Below, one piece after another: positions 51,901 to 64,000 of a stretch of 64,000 bases of DNA. The notes beneath the pieces are model-generated. The model ran no database searches, was not told where the DNA came from, and was given only the letters and a program-made list of their open reading frames with translations. Numbering within the stretch: position 1 is the first letter of the stretch; every line of letters starts with the position of its first letter. The stretch covers positions 1,152,001 through 1,216,000 of the forward strand of contig CAUVXB020000002.1 in NCBI GenBank assembly GCA_963555825.3. The letters are read 5' to 3'. The stretch is from Alphaproteobacteria bacterium. Lineage in GTDB: Bacteria; Pseudomonadota; Alphaproteobacteria; JAAXGF01. The translations under genes and the position numbers were made by a program.

Positions 51901-52458
51901 CTGGAGGCCGCGATCATCAAGCTGCGCCAGGCGATCTCGCGGCTCAACCGCGAGGGCCGCGAGCGGCTCGAGACCGCGTTCACGGCGATCGACGCGCATT
52001 TCAGCAAACTGTTCACCGGTCTGTTCGGCGGCGGCCGCGCCCATCTCGCGCTGGTCGATTCCGACGACCCGCTCGAGGCCGGCCTGGAGATCATGGCGAG
52101 CCCGCCGGGCAAGCGCCTGCAGACGCTCTCGCTCTTGTCCGGCGGCGAGCAGGCGCTGACCGCGCTCGCGCTGCTGTTCGCCGTCTTCCTGACCAATCCG
52201 GCGCCGATCTGCGTGCTCGACGAGGTCGACGCCCCGCTCGACGATGCGAACGTCGGGCGGTTCTGCGACCTGGTCGACGAGATCGCGCGCAACTCTGCGA
52301 CCCGCTTCCTGATCATCACCCACCACCACATCACCATGGCGCGCATGGACCGGCTGTTCGGCGTGACCATGAGCGAACGCGGCGTTTCGCAGCTGGTCTC
52401 GGTCGACCTGCGCACCGCCGAGGCGCTGAGAGTCGCCGAAGCAGCCGCCGGCGACTGA
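48985..52458 (+). CDS. smc: Chromosome segregation protein SMC
   Basis: GFKSF, GPNGCGKSN, coiled coils, LSGGE, LDEVDAPLD. Confidence 0.96.
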   Translation: MHFSRLRLTGFKSFVDPTDLQIEPGLTAIVGPNGCGKSNLVEALRWVMGENSARQMRGREMDDVIFGGSANRPGRNSAEVAILLDNAARTAPQAYNDQSEIEVSRRIDRGEGSTYRINGSETRARDVQLLFADEVTGARSTALVSQGEIGALIAAKPAQRRRLLDEAAGITGLHSRRHEAELRLRAAEGNLERLDDVMGGLDAQYDGLKRQARQANRYRRLNERIRETEALLLYRRWRAAGEALAAAERGLAEIEQTVADVQGAAAAAATAQAEAAAAMPPLREAESEARARLHRLEVAQVELEAEERRLADARQALETRLAQIDADVERETALAGDAEAAVGRLEEERTALTAKQASEEAAEAGAATDRDAAAEAVAEIERRVDGLATRLAGQEARRGALMRQIEAAEARIEHLRRQAAEVEREIAAAEDETANAVALADAETALATARDGVAAKRIAVEAAEAARSAAQTNLAAVGETLQAAEAAYAAARAEEAALARSLGAGIAGGWSALIDDIEVEAGLETALGVALGDDLLASTDAAAPVHWQTPAADAKAPALPKGATPLGDIVKAPAALARRLAQIGVVDADDGPRLRKKLAQGQRLVSRDGALWRWDGLTVASEAGSPAAERLSNRNRLADARATLADCETRRDEARREHEAARDANAQSAADEAAARGVLRRAEDALEAARETRAGLTAAAAAQTTRRANLEEARTRLAGEIAEAAKLRDDAKADLDAMVPDVDGRADLDAQRAELAARRARLTERDGAYNRLHGQSEVRRERLWAIADELPSWQGRAEGAKARLEQLAERRAGATTELEALADRPAAIAEQRAALFERLAVAQSERKTAADAVAEAETRLAACDRRLKETEAAVGETREERGRREGALRQGDATRDEIVRTISERLNCAPTDLAGLAGIEQDAELPDAEQIDAQLARFVRQRDAIGPVNLRAEVEADDVEQRLGELRNERADLEAAIIKLRQAISRLNREGRERLETAFTAIDAHFSKLFTGLFGGGRAHLALVDSDDPLEAGLEIMASPPGKRLQTLSLLSGGEQALTALALLFAVFLTNPAPICVLDEVDAPLDDANVGRFCDLVDEIARNSATRFLIITHHHITMARMDRLFGVTMSERGVSQLVSVDLRTAEALRVAEAAAGD

Positions 52459-52598
52459 CCGATAAGTCTTTAATATCAGCTACTTGTGCTGCATCGCATC
52501 GCCCTTGACAGGGCCCGTGGCGACACCTAAAGTGCGCCCGCCTTGGGGCACGTTTCCGATGCTTTCGGGAGCGGCCGCGATCACAGGATCGGTCGTCA

Positions 52599-52946
52599 TT
52601 GAGCGAGCACAAGCCTCCGCCGTCGCTCGAGGATCTCGAGACCCGGCTCGACCGCGCGCGTGACGCGCAAGCGGACCGCGCCGGCCGGGGTTCGGACGGC
52701 AAGGGGATGGGTGCGGTGGGCATCGCCGTGCAGATGTCGATCGAGGTGGTGGCGCCCTTGGGTTTCGGTGTCTTCATCGGCTGGCTGATCGATGACTGGC
52801 TGGTGACAGCACCGTTATTTTTGGTTATTTTCTTTTTTCTCGGTGCCGCAGCCGGGGGGCTCAATGTCTATCGCAGGGCGGGGCAACTGCTCGGCGCGGA
52901 CGCGGAAGAGCCCGGCGGGGACAACGAAGCTGGGCGGGAAGATTAA
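52599..52946 (+). CDS. atpI: AtpZ/AtpI-family ATP synthase accessory protein
   Basis: Two-TM protein (IGWLIDDWL, FLGAAAG) heading the F0 operon. Confidence 0.8.
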   Translation: MSEHKPPPSLEDLETRLDRARDAQADRAGRGSDGKGMGAVGIAVQMSIEVVAPLGFGVFIGWLIDDWLVTAPLFLVIFFFLGAAAGGLNVYRRAGQLLGADAEEPGGDNEAGRED

Positions 52947-52964
52947 GGGGCGACGGGGGACGCA

Positions 52965-53717
52965 GTGGCCGAGAAGACGTTCGACCCGCTATCGCAGTTC
53001 GAAGTACACGCGCTGGTCCCGATCGACCTCGGCGGCTTCGACGCATCGTTCACCAACTCGTCGCTGTTCATGGTGCTGGCGATCGCCTCGGTCACCCTGT
53101 TCCTGGTCGGCGGCACGCGCAAGCGCGCGATGGTGCCCGGGCGCTGGCAGTCGATGGCCGAGCTGAGCTACGAGCTGGTCGCCAACATGGTGCGCGACAA
53201 CGTCGGCAGCGAGGGACGCCGCTACTTCCCCTTCATCTTCACGCTTTTCATGTTCATCCTGTTCTGCAATGCGCTCGGCCTGCTGCCGTTCGGCATCGTC
53301 GGCCTGCACGGCTTCACGGTGACCAGCCACATCATCGTTACCTTCGCGATGGCGCTGGTCGTCTTCATCGGCGTGACGATCATCGGCATCGTCAAACACA
53401 AGCTGCATTTCTTCTCGTTCTTCGTGCCCCAGGGCGTGCCGATGGCGATGGTGCCGCTGCTGGTGCCGATCGAAGTGTTGTCCTATCTGGCGCGCCCGGT
53501 GACCCTGGCGCTGCGCCTGTTCGCCAACATGATGGCCGGACACACCATGCTCGAGGTGTTCGCGACCTTCGTCGTATTGCTCGGCGTCTTCGGCTTCGCG
53601 CCGTTCCTGATGATCGTGGCGTTGATGGCGCTCGAGGTCGTCGTCGCCGTTCTGCAAGCCTATGTGTTCGCAATTCTGACTTGCCTCTACCTCAACGATG
53701 CGCTGCATCTGCATTGA
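52965..53717 (+). CDS. atpB: F0 ATP synthase subunit a
   Basis: FTNSSLFM, PGRWQ, LRLFANMMAGH, LQAYVF. Confidence 0.96.
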   Translation: MAEKTFDPLSQFEVHALVPIDLGGFDASFTNSSLFMVLAIASVTLFLVGGTRKRAMVPGRWQSMAELSYELVANMVRDNVGSEGRRYFPFIFTLFMFILFCNALGLLPFGIVGLHGFTVTSHIIVTFAMALVVFIGVTIIGIVKHKLHFFSFFVPQGVPMAMVPLLVPIEVLSYLARPVTLALRLFANMMAGHTMLEVFATFVVLLGVFGFAPFLMIVALMALEVVVAVLQAYVFAILTCLYLNDALHLH

Positions 53718-53774
53718 GGCGGTGGCAGGGACTCATCTCACTAGAACCCCACTTAACGGAAAAGGATCTCGATC

Positions 53775-53999
53775 ATGGATGTTGAAGCCGCAAAGTTGAT
53801 CGGCGCGGGCCTCGCGGTCATCGGTCTCGGTGGCGTGGGCATCGGCATCGGCAACATATTCGCCTCGTTCGTCACCGCGGTGGCGCGTAATCCGGCGGCA
53901 CAGCCGAAGGTGTTTCCGTTCACCATGCTCGGCTTCGCGCTGGTCGAGGCGGTGGCGCTGTACGCGCTGCTGATCGCCTTCCTGGTCCTGTTCGGCTAG
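53775..53999 (+). CDS. atpE: F0 ATP synthase subunit c
   Basis: GxGxG motif, ARNP, ALVEA. Confidence 0.96.
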   Translation: MDVEAAKLIGAGLAVIGLGGVGIGIGNIFASFVTAVARNPAAQPKVFPFTMLGFALVEAVALYALLIAFLVLFG

Positions 54000-54048
54000 C
54001 AGCGGGCGGGGTTCGCCGGTCCGCCGGCGCGCCCGACCGCGTACGACA

Positions 54049-54537
54049 ATGCCGCAACTCGACCCTCACGTCTTCGTGCCGCAACTGGTGTGGCTGGCGA
54101 TCTCGTTCGTCATCCTCTACCTGTTGTTGGCGCGCCTCGCGCTGCCGCGCATCGGTGATGCGATCGAGGCGCGGCAAGACCGCATCGCGCACGACCTCGA
54201 CGCCGCGGCGACGCTGAAGACCGAGGCCGAGGCCGTGCTTCGCGCCTATGAGCGCACCATGGCCGAGGCCCGCTCGAAGGCGCAGAGCGAGATTGCCCGG
54301 GCCGCCGAGCAGTGCGCCCAGGAGTCGGCGGTGCGTCAGGCCGAGCTCGACGGCCGCATCGCGACGCAGCTCGCCGAGGCCGAGCAAGGCATCGCCGCCG
54401 CGCGCGGCGCGGCGCTTGCCAGCGTCGACACGCTGGCCGCCGAAATCGCGCGCGCCGCGACCGAGCGGCTGATCGGTGGCACGCTCGACGAGGCCGCGGT
54501 CGCGGCCGCCGTCGGCGCGGCCAAAGGGGAGGCTTGA
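54049..54537 (+). CDS. F0 ATP synthase subunit b'
   Basis: MPQLD...QLVWL, single TM plus coiled coil. Confidence 0.92.
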   Translation: MPQLDPHVFVPQLVWLAISFVILYLLLARLALPRIGDAIEARQDRIAHDLDAAATLKTEAEAVLRAYERTMAEARSKAQSEIARAAEQCAQESAVRQAELDGRIATQLAEAEQGIAAARGAALASVDTLAAEIARAATERLIGGTLDEAAVAAAVGAAKGEA

Positions 54538-54540
54538 GCC

Positions 54541-55032
54541 GTGGCCGAGCTGTTCTCGTCGGGCGCCTTCTGGATCGCCCTCGCCTTCATCGTTTTCGTC
54601 GCCGCGACGTGGCGGCCGGTCGGGCGCATGATCGGCGGCGCGCTCGACGGCCGGGCCGACAAGATCCGCGAGCAGCTCGAGGAGGCGGTGCGGCTGCGCG
54701 AGGAGGCGCAGGCGCTCTATGCCCAATACGAACGCCAGCAGCAGGCGGCGGTCGCCGAGGCCGAGCAGATCCTGGCCCATGCCCGCGAAGAGGCCGCACG
54801 CCAGGACCGCCAGGCGGCCGAGGCGCTCGAGGCTTCGCTCAAGCGGCGCGAGGAACAGGTCATCGAGCGCATCGCCCGCGCCGAGCAGGAGGCGCTCGAC
54901 GACGTGCGCGCCGCGGCGGTCGACGTCGCCGTCCGCGCGACGCGCAAGCTGTTGGCCGAGACGCTCGACGCCGAGGGCCACGCCGCGCTGATCGACGAGG
55001 CCATCGCCGATTTGGACAAGCGGCTGCACTGA
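54541..55032 (+). CDS. atpF: F0 ATP synthase subunit b
   Basis: FWIALAF TM, LDGRADKIREQLEEA. Confidence 0.92.
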   Translation: MAELFSSGAFWIALAFIVFVAATWRPVGRMIGGALDGRADKIREQLEEAVRLREEAQALYAQYERQQQAAVAEAEQILAHAREEAARQDRQAAEALEASLKRREEQVIERIARAEQEALDDVRAAAVDVAVRATRKLLAETLDAEGHAALIDEAIADLDKRLH

Positions 55033-55064
55033 CGCCCTCGATCACACTGATGTGATGCCTTTTG

Positions 55065-55090
55065 GGGGCGGGTTTCAAACCCGCCCCTAC
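55065..55090 (-). repeat. GTAG-type REP palindrome
   Basis: Minus strand GTAG-GGGCGGGTTTGAAACCCGCCCC between convergent genes. Confidence 0.7.
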
Positions 55091-55112
55091 GTTTTTGGGC
55101 GCAGGCGCCGCC

Positions 55113-55682
55113 TCAGCTCTCGTTGTGCGGCACGTCGATCAGGCGGCGGGTGCCGGCGTCGACGTCATAGACGTGGAAGCTGTTCATCGCGCGGCCATAG
55201 AGGTGCAGGCTGACGACCCGGGCGCGGCTCTCCGGCACGCCCGTCTTGTGGATGTGGTCGGGGTTGGGCACGAAGGTCGTCACCGTCCCTTCGGCCAACA
55301 GGATGACGCCGCCGCGCGCCAGCACGATGCCCTCATCGACATCGGCCGTGTGGTCGGTGCGGATGTGGTTGCGCTCCTCGAGCACGCCCTCGACGATGCC
55401 GACGACGCCCCAGGTGCCGTGGTCGTGCACCGGCGTCCACTGACCGGGCGTCCAGACCAGCGCGTAGAGCGACGGCCCGCCGTCGTCGGCGGCGTGGATC
55501 GCGTTGCGCGCATAGTGGTCGGGATCGGCCCGGAAGTGGCGCGCCTCGAGGAACGAACGGTCGCCCATCAAGAGCTGGTGCATCAAGGGCGCGATTTCGA
55601 GCACGCAGTCGGCCGGCTCGGCGCGGTTCAGGGCAACGCGCCGCGCGTCGTCGATGAACGCCGGGAGGTCGTATTCGGACAC
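55113..55682 (-). CDS. Cysteine dioxygenase-family (thiol dioxygenase-like) cupin
   Basis: TPVHDHGTWG, HIH, SLHLYG motifs. Confidence 0.85.
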   Translation of the reverse strand: MSEYDLPAFIDDARRVALNRAEPADCVLEIAPLMHQLLMGDRSFLEARHFRADPDHYARNAIHAADDGGPSLYALVWTPGQWTPVHDHGTWGVVGIVEGVLEERNHIRTDHTADVDEGIVLARGGVILLAEGTVTTFVPNPDHIHKTGVPESRARVVSLHLYGRAMNSFHVYDVDAGTRRLIDVPHNES

Positions 55683-55696
55683 GCCGCCGGCCTCGC

Positions 55697-58606
<2,910 letters not shown>

Positions 58607-58656
58607 CTGTCGTCTCTCCCGTGTTTCCGTCACCGTCCGCGCAACGATCGCACGGC

Positions 58657-59037
58657 TTACTCGAGGCCGGCGATGTAGCTCTTGTAGGTATCCTCGTCCA
58701 TCAGGTCGTCGAGCTCGGATGGATCGCTCATCTTGAGCTTGAAGAACCAGCCGTCGCCGGTCGGGTCTTCGTTGACCCGCACCGGGTTGTCGGCCAGCGC
58801 GTCGTTGGCCTCGGTCACCGTGCCCGACACCGGCGCATGGACCTCGCTCGCCGCCTTGACCGATTCGATGACCGCCGCGTCGCCGCCCTGGGCGACCTCG
58901 GTGCCGACCCCGGGCAGTTCGACGAAGACGACATCGCCGAGCTGCTCCTGCGCATAGTCGGTGATGCCGACGGTGGCGACGTCGTCGCCCTCGGGACGGA
59001 CCCAATCGTGGCCCTCGGTGAATTTCATCTCGCTCAT
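58657..59037 (-). CDS. gcvH: Glycine cleavage H protein
   Basis: [21 protein letters not shown] lipoyl site. Confidence 0.96.
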   Translation of the reverse strand: MSEMKFTEGHDWVRPEGDDVATVGITDYAQEQLGDVVFVELPGVGTEVAQGGDAAVIESVKAASEVHAPVSGTVTEANDALADNPVRVNEDPTGDGWFFKLKMSDPSELDDLMDEDTYKSYIAGLE

Positions 59038-59053
59038 CTGAGGTAACTCCTTG

Positions 59054-59100
59054 ATTTTCAACCGTGCCAAATTTTCAACCGCGCCAAATTTTCAACCGCG
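59054..59100. repeat. 17-bp tandem repeat (about 2.8 copies)
   Basis: ATTTTCAACCGYGCCAA units at 59054, 59071 and 59088 (partial). Confidence 0.85.
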
Positions 59101-60219
59101 ATAGTAGCGTTGTTCGACGAACGGCAGCTTGGTCACCGTGACCGGGTGCAGCTTGCCGCGCACCTCTGCCTGGAGCTTGCGGCCGACGTCGGCGTCGCCC
59201 GCCGCGACATAACCCATGGCGATCGGTCTGCCGACCGTGGCGGCGAAACAGCCGCTGGTGACGACGCCGGTCTGGTTGCCGTCTTCGTCGAACAGGCGGG
59301 CGCCCTCGCGCACCGGCGCCCGGCCCTCGGGCCTGAGGCCGACGCGCTTGCGCGTCGCGCCACCGGCGAGCTGGCCCATGATGACGTCGGCGCCGGGATA
59401 GCCGCCGGGGCGCGCGCCGTCGGCGCGGCGCGCCTTGGACAGCGCCCAGGCGAGCCGCCCCTCGACCGGCGGCGTCGTCGTGTCGATATCGTGGCCGTAG
59501 AGGCACAGGCCGGCCTCGAGCCTGAGCGTGTCGCGCGCGCCGAGGCCGATCGGCGCGACCGCGTCGTGGGCCAACAGCGTGTGGGCCAGCGCCAGGGCGG
59601 CGTGGCCCGGCACCGAGATTTCGAAACCGTCCTCGCCGGTGTAACCGGACCGCGTGACGAAGCATTCGACGCCGTCGATGTCGACCCGCGCCGCGCTCAT
59701 GAAGACGAGATCGACGGTGGCCGGCGCGAGCCGCGCCATGACCGCCGCGGCGGCGGGGCCCTGCAAGGCGAGCAGCGCGCGGTCGTCGAGCACCTCGACG
59801 TCGCAGCGCCCGTCGAGGTGGCGGCGCAAATATGCGATGTCGGCGTCCTTGCAGGCGGCGTTGACGACGACGAACAGATGATCGCCGGCGTTGGTCACCA
59901 TCAGATCGTCGAGGATGCCGCCCGCATCGTTGGTAAACAGCGCATAGCGTTGACGGCCGGCATCGAGACCGACGATGTCGACCGGCACCAGGCTCTCGAG
60001 CGCGGCCGCGGCGGCGGGGCCGACCAGCTTGACTTGGCCCATATGCGAGACGTCGAACAGCCCGGCCTGGCCGCGCGTGTGGTTGTGTTCGGCAATGATG
60101 CCGCCGGCGTACTGCACCGGCATCTGGTAGCCGGCGAATGGCACCATGCGGGCGCCCAGCTCGACGTGCAGGTCATGAAGCTGCGTGCGCTTGATTGGTG
60201 AGTGTTGTTGGTCTGCCAC
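59092..60219 (-). CDS. gcvT: Glycine cleavage aminomethyltransferase
   Basis: FDVSHMG, RSGYTGEDGFE, GLGARDTLRLEAG; GGAGG RBS before GTG. Confidence 0.96.
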   Translation of the reverse strand: MADQQHSPIKRTQLHDLHVELGARMVPFAGYQMPVQYAGGIIAEHNHTRGQAGLFDVSHMGQVKLVGPAAAAALESLVPVDIVGLDAGRQRYALFTNDAGGILDDLMVTNAGDHLFVVVNAACKDADIAYLRRHLDGRCDVEVLDDRALLALQGPAAAAVMARLAPATVDLVFMSAARVDIDGVECFVTRSGYTGEDGFEISVPGHAALALAHTLLAHDAVAPIGLGARDTLRLEAGLCLYGHDIDTTTPPVEGRLAWALSKARRADGARPGGYPGADVIMGQLAGGATRKRVGLRPEGRAPVREGARLFDEDGNQTGVVTSGCFAATVGRPIAMGYVAAGDADVGRKLQAEVRGKLHPVTVTKLPFVEQRYYRG

Positions 60220-60267
60220 ACGATCCTCCGACACAGAGCGCCGTCCACCGTCGCCAATGTGGTGGCT

Positions 60268-60470
60268 GCCCCCTCTGTCGTCGGACCTGAGAGATTCACG
60301 CGCTGGCGCGCCGGCGCGGCTTACCCCTTCGGTGAGGCGCGCCTCGCGCGCACCTGCTTTCCAGAGATTCATCCCCCTACGGTCCGGGTGCCTGAGAGTT
60401 TCCGGGGCGGTTGCTCCTTCGGCGCCGGCCGCCGCGCGATCGGTGGCCGGTCTCTCCCGCAGGGATCATT
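60268..60470 (-). ncRNA. Tandem glycine riboswitch
   Basis: GGAGAG...GCCGAAGGAGCAA...GAAACTCTCAGG then CTCTGGAAAG...CACCGAAGG...CTCTCAGG, upstream of gcvT. Confidence 0.93.
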
Positions 60471-60541
60471 TGATGTCTGTCCGCCTTGCCGAGCGGGTCG
60501 CCCCGTCCGGCGAAATGATCATAGGCGGTTCCGGGCCGAGG

Positions 60542-61060
60542 TCAACCACCGCGGCCGCGGCGCAGAAAATCGAGCTGATCTTGGGTCAGTTGGAAGCCGA
60601 TGATGATGCGGTAGTAACGGGCGTCGGCATTGGGCGCATAGTGGATGCGCTGGCTGACCTCCTCCTGCACCGCGACGCGCGGGCCAAAGCCCGGATACTC
60701 GACCTCGACCGGAAAGACCTGCTTGGCGATGATCTTGTCGCCCGGGTTGGTGATCGCGACGAAATAGGCGAACCGGCCGATTTTGCCCTCGGCGGCGGGG
60801 CCGCGGGTCAGCCCGACCGTCAGCAGCACTTCGCTGTCGACATAACCGTCGTCGTCGTATTCGCAGGTCGAAGACATTTCGACCACCTCGCCGGTGTACA
60901 GCACGTCGGTGAGATCGCGGCCCGGGCCGGGCCGGAACTCGACCATCTCGGCCGCCTCGGACAACACGACGGCGCGCGGGCACGGCAGCTGCGGTCCCGT
61001 GTCGAAGACCGTGCAGCCGGCCAGCACGAGGCCGAGAAAAACGACCGAGACGCGGATCAT
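60542..61060 (-). CDS. Conserved hypothetical lipoprotein
   Basis: Lipobox LAGC, PCP, YFVAI, IGFQLT. Confidence 0.78.
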   Translation of the reverse strand: MIRVSVVFLGLVLAGCTVFDTGPQLPCPRAVVLSEAAEMVEFRPGPGRDLTDVLYTGEVVEMSSTCEYDDDGYVDSEVLLTVGLTRGPAAEGKIGRFAYFVAITNPGDKIIAKQVFPVEVEYPGFGPRVAVQEEVSQRIHYAPNADARYYRIIIGFQLTQDQLDFLRRGRGG

Positions 61061-61106
61061 GCCGCGGTCCACCGGGTGTCGGCGCCAGCCAGTGCGCCGC
61101 ACGCGA

Positions 61107-61346
61107 TCACAGATCCCCGTGGCTGCCGTCGCACAGCGGCCGGTTGCCGGTCTGCTTGCAGCCGCAGAAATAGACAGTCTTCGAGCGGTTGGCGACGTAA
61201 TGCACCGGCGCAAAGCCGGTGCCCTTGTGCGAGCCGTCGCATAACGGCTGGTTGGCGCTGCGGCCGCAGGCGCACCAGAAGTACGACTTGTCGGCCTCGA
61301 CATTGACTTGGAACGGGCCCTTCTGGGCAATCACGGCGTCCGGCAT
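61107..61346 (-). CDS. CDGSH iron-sulfur domain protein
   Basis: Two CxCxx(S/T)xxxPxCDGSH motifs. Confidence 0.93.
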   Translation of the reverse strand: MPDAVIAQKGPFQVNVEADKSYFWCACGRSANQPLCDGSHKGTGFAPVHYVANRSKTVYFCGCKQTGNRPLCDGSHGDL

Positions 61347-61521
61347 GGCACGGTCCCTAAACGGTTTTACTCATCGCCGGCATGTAATAGCTTGGTGCCG
61401 CCGCCCGCCGGCGGCGCCGCCGATGGCCTCGCCGGACGGGCGGCACTTTAATCGCCGTCGCCAGCGACGGCAAGCGCCGCACCGCCGGCGCGTGGTGGGG
61501 CTGATAGGACGGGTACGGTCG

Positions 61522-62484
61522 ATGGCGGTTTACACCGAGGTCTCGGACCAAGACATCGCGGAATTCCTCGCGGCCTACGATCTCGACCCGTTAATTTCAT
61601 ACAAGGGCATCGCCGAGGGCGTCGAGAACAGCAACTATCTCATGCTGACCGAATCGGTGCCCTACATCCTGACGCTCTACGAGAAACGCGTCGCACCCGA
61701 GGACCTGCCGTTCTTCCTGGCGCTGATGGAGCATCTCGCGGTCAACGGCGTGCCCTGCCCGACGCCGATCCGCGGGCGCGACGGCGATGCATTGCGCGAG
61801 TTGTGCGGCCGGCCGGCGGCGATCATCAGCTTCCTCAACGGCGTCTGGCCACGGCGCATCTACGCCGAACACTGCGCCGCCCTTGGCGAAGGCATGGCGC
61901 GGCTGCACCTCGCCGGCGCCGATTTCCCCATGGCCCGCGCCAACGCGTTGTCGGTGGCCGGTTGGCGCCCGCTGCTGGACGCCTGCGGCACGCGCTGCGA
62001 CGAGGTCGCCGACGGCCTCGGCGATCTGCTGGCCGCCGAGCTCGACCATCTCGAGGCGAACTGGCCCGACGACCTGCCGGCCGGCGTCATCCACGCCGAT
62101 CTGTTCCCCGACAACGTCTTCTTCGCCGACTTCCGGCTGACCGGGCTGATCGACTTCTATTTCGCGTGCAACGATTTCCTGGCCTATGACCTGGCGGTCT
62201 GCCTCAACGCCTGGTGCTTCGAGCGGACCGGCGAATTCAACATCACCAAGGCGCTGCAGCTGATGTTGTCCTACCACCGCACGCGCCCGCTGGAGGCCGC
62301 CGAGCTCGACTTGATGCCGCTTCTCGCGCGCGGCGCGGCGCTGCGCTTCCTGCTGACCCGGCTCTACGACTGGCTCAACCAGGTTCCGGGCGCGCTGGTC
62401 AAGCCGAAGGACCCGCTCGAGTATCTCCGGAAGCTGCGTTTCCACCAAAGCGTCGAGGGGCCGTCGGCCTACGGACTGTCGTGA
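61522..62484 (+). CDS. thrB: Homoserine kinase type II
   Basis: [28 protein letters not shown]. Confidence 0.94.
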   Translation: MAVYTEVSDQDIAEFLAAYDLDPLISYKGIAEGVENSNYLMLTESVPYILTLYEKRVAPEDLPFFLALMEHLAVNGVPCPTPIRGRDGDALRELCGRPAAIISFLNGVWPRRIYAEHCAALGEGMARLHLAGADFPMARANALSVAGWRPLLDACGTRCDEVADGLGDLLAAELDHLEANWPDDLPAGVIHADLFPDNVFFADFRLTGLIDFYFACNDFLAYDLAVCLNAWCFERTGEFNITKALQLMLSYHRTRPLEAAELDLMPLLARGAALRFLLTRLYDWLNQVPGALVKPKDPLEYLRKLRFHQSVEGPSAYGLS

Positions 62485-62927
62485 CCAACGAGAGCATCGC
62501 CGAGGTCTATACCGACGGCGCGTGCTCGGGCAATCCGGGGCCCGGCGGCTGGGGCGCGGTGCTCGGCTGGCAGGGCAAGACGCGCGAGATCTCGGGCGGC
62601 GCGGCGGCGACGACCAACAACCGCATGGAGCTGATGGCGGCGATCGCCGCGCTCGAATCGCTCACCCGCCCGGTCACCGTGCGCATCCACACCGACAGCA
62701 CCTACGTCAAGGACGGCATCACCCAGTGGATCCACCGCTGGAAGCGCAACGGCTGGAAGACCGCGAACAAGAAGCCGGTCAAGAACGAGGACCTGTGGCG
62801 CCGCCTCGACGCGGCGCTCGCCCGTCACGACGTCAGCTGGCACTGGGTCAAGGGCCACGCCGGCCATCCCGGCAACGAGCGCGCCGACGCGCTGGCCCGC
62901 GAAGCGGTGCCCCGGCCCGGGGACTAG
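62481..62927 (+). CDS. rnhA: Ribonuclease HI
   Basis: [34 protein letters not shown]. Confidence 0.96.
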   Translation: MTNESIAEVYTDGACSGNPGPGGWGAVLGWQGKTREISGGAAATTNNRMELMAAIAALESLTRPVTVRIHTDSTYVKDGITQWIHRWKRNGWKTANKKPVKNEDLWRRLDAALARHDVSWHWVKGHAGHPGNERADALAREAVPRPGD

Positions 62928-63069
62928 AATTGGTGTCGGTCGGTTCCTACCAGCCCCGCGACCGCGGGCCGCCGACCGTTCGGCCAGTCTTTGTGGGATA
63001 TAGATTGGCTTGCGCGGCGATTGAGCGCAGGTCAGCTTTACGCAGTAAAGGTGACCGCACAAATCCTTA
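62925..63069 (+). repeat. Structured intergenic repeat, family A, copy 4
   Basis: Same core as copies 1-3; spans exactly from the rnhA stop to the Prx stop. Confidence 0.8.
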
Positions 63070-63549
63070 AATATCGCCGAGCAGCGTGTCGGCGTCGCTG
63101 ACTTCGAAGCCGCCGCCTTCTTCGACGTGCAGGGCGGTGACCACGCCGTCGTCGACCAGCATCGAGTAGCGCTGCGAGCGCACGCCGAAACCGCGCGCGA
63201 TCAGGTCGAGCTCGAGGCCGATGGCGCGCGTGAAGTCGGCGCTGCCGTCGGCCAGCATCATGACCTTGTCGCCGGCGTTCTGGTCCTTGCCCCAGGCGCC
63301 CATGACGAAGGCGTCGTTGACCGAGACACAGCCGATCGTCGCGACGCCCTTTTCGTTGAAGCGCTCGGCCGCCGCGATGAAGCCGGGCAGATGCTTCGCC
63401 GAGCAGGTCGGCGTGAACGCGCCGGGCAGGCCGAAGATGGCGACCCGCTTGGCGCCGAACAACGCATCGGAGGAAATCTCGGCCGGGCCGTCGTCGGTCA
63501 TGTGGTGCAACGTGGTGGATGGGACTCGATCGCCGACTTTGATGGTCAT
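63067..63549 (-). CDS. Peroxiredoxin (Prx5-like)
   Basis: PGAFTPTCS, SVNDAFVM, RSQRYSM. Confidence 0.93.
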   Translation of the reverse strand: MTIKVGDRVPSTTLHHMTDDGPAEISSDALFGAKRVAIFGLPGAFTPTCSAKHLPGFIAAAERFNEKGVATIGCVSVNDAFVMGAWGKDQNAGDKVMMLADGSADFTRAIGLELDLIARGFGVRSQRYSMLVDDGVVTALHVEEGGGFEVSDADTLLGDI

Positions 63550-63624
63550 GGTGACTCCCCCGAAATCGTTTTTAGCGGTGCACGCGCCGGGTATGCGAAC
63601 GCCGCGCGCCTTAACCTTAGTGTG

Positions 63625-64000
63625 TTATTCGGCCGATGCAACGGCGCTGCCGGCGCGGTTGAACGCGGCCATGACGACGTCCTCGGTCAACAGCTCGGGC
63701 AGCGGCAGGCCGCGTGGCAGCGCCGGCCCGTAAACGACGTTGAACGGAATGCCGTAGCGGCCGAACGCCTCCAAATAGGCGGCGATATCGGCGTTCGGCA
63801 GCGTCCAGTCGGCGCGCATCGCGACGATCTGCTCGCTGGCCAGCCGGCGCGCCACCTCACCGCGATCGAGTACCGTCTTCTTGTTGAACTCGCAGGTCAC
63901 GCACCAGTCGGCGGTGACGTCGACGAACACCGTCTTGCCGGCGGCGACGAGGCGCGCGATCTCGGCGCGGTCGAAGGGTTGCCACAACGACCCGGCGGCG
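63625..64000 (-). CDS. DsbD-family protein, C-terminal thioredoxin domain (partial)
   Basis: DVTADWCVTC, RADWT, GIPFNVVY; runs off the window edge. Confidence 0.8.
   Translation of the reverse strand, partial: AAGSLWQPFDRAEIARLVAAGKTVFVDVTADWCVTCEFNKKTVLDRGEVARRLASEQIVAMRADWTLPNADIAAYLEAFGRYGIPFNVVYGPALPRGLPLPELLTEDVVMAAFNRAGSAVASAE

Noticed and set aside
59054-59100. Possible CRISPR or mini-array (also 8167-8202)
   Set aside because: Repeats are contiguous with no spacers, and no cas genes are present.

Overview
This is a GC-rich alphaproteobacterial (Rhodospirillales-like) chromosomal window. The backbone is conserved housekeeping: petP/petR-like MarR-OmpR-EnvZ with ilvE; uvrC-pgsA-mobB-moeA-moaD-moaE; TPR-ispE-epimerase; ETF-QO; UDG; SLT-moaB-ggt; a glycosyltransferase pair; an SOS-boxed radical SAM; rnhB, mutY, DciA, DsbA and smc; the F0 ATP synthase operon; glycine riboswitch-gcvTHP plus a cysteine-dioxygenase-like gene; thrB-rnhA-Prx-DsbD. 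Four AT-richer accessory segments interrupt it. (1) 3.4-8.3 kb is a decaying cluster of a lipoprotein, small proteins and a PG-binding fragment, split by ISKra4- and IS1595-family elements and bounded by a duplicated gene end. (2) 12.1-16.4 kb holds two unknown lipoproteins preceded by tandem NrdR-like boxes, one split by a second, apparently identical IS1595 copy. (3) 22-27.3 kb holds a SARP/BTAD-TPR regulator, an IS630-split methyltransferase and a SnoaL-like protein. (4) 34.2-36.4 kb is a secreted caspase-like protein with an AT-rich C-terminal tip. Several small structured repeat/MITE families sit at stop codons. I saw no tRNA, rRNA or CRISPR array. All calls come from reading the sequence by eye; no searches were run.
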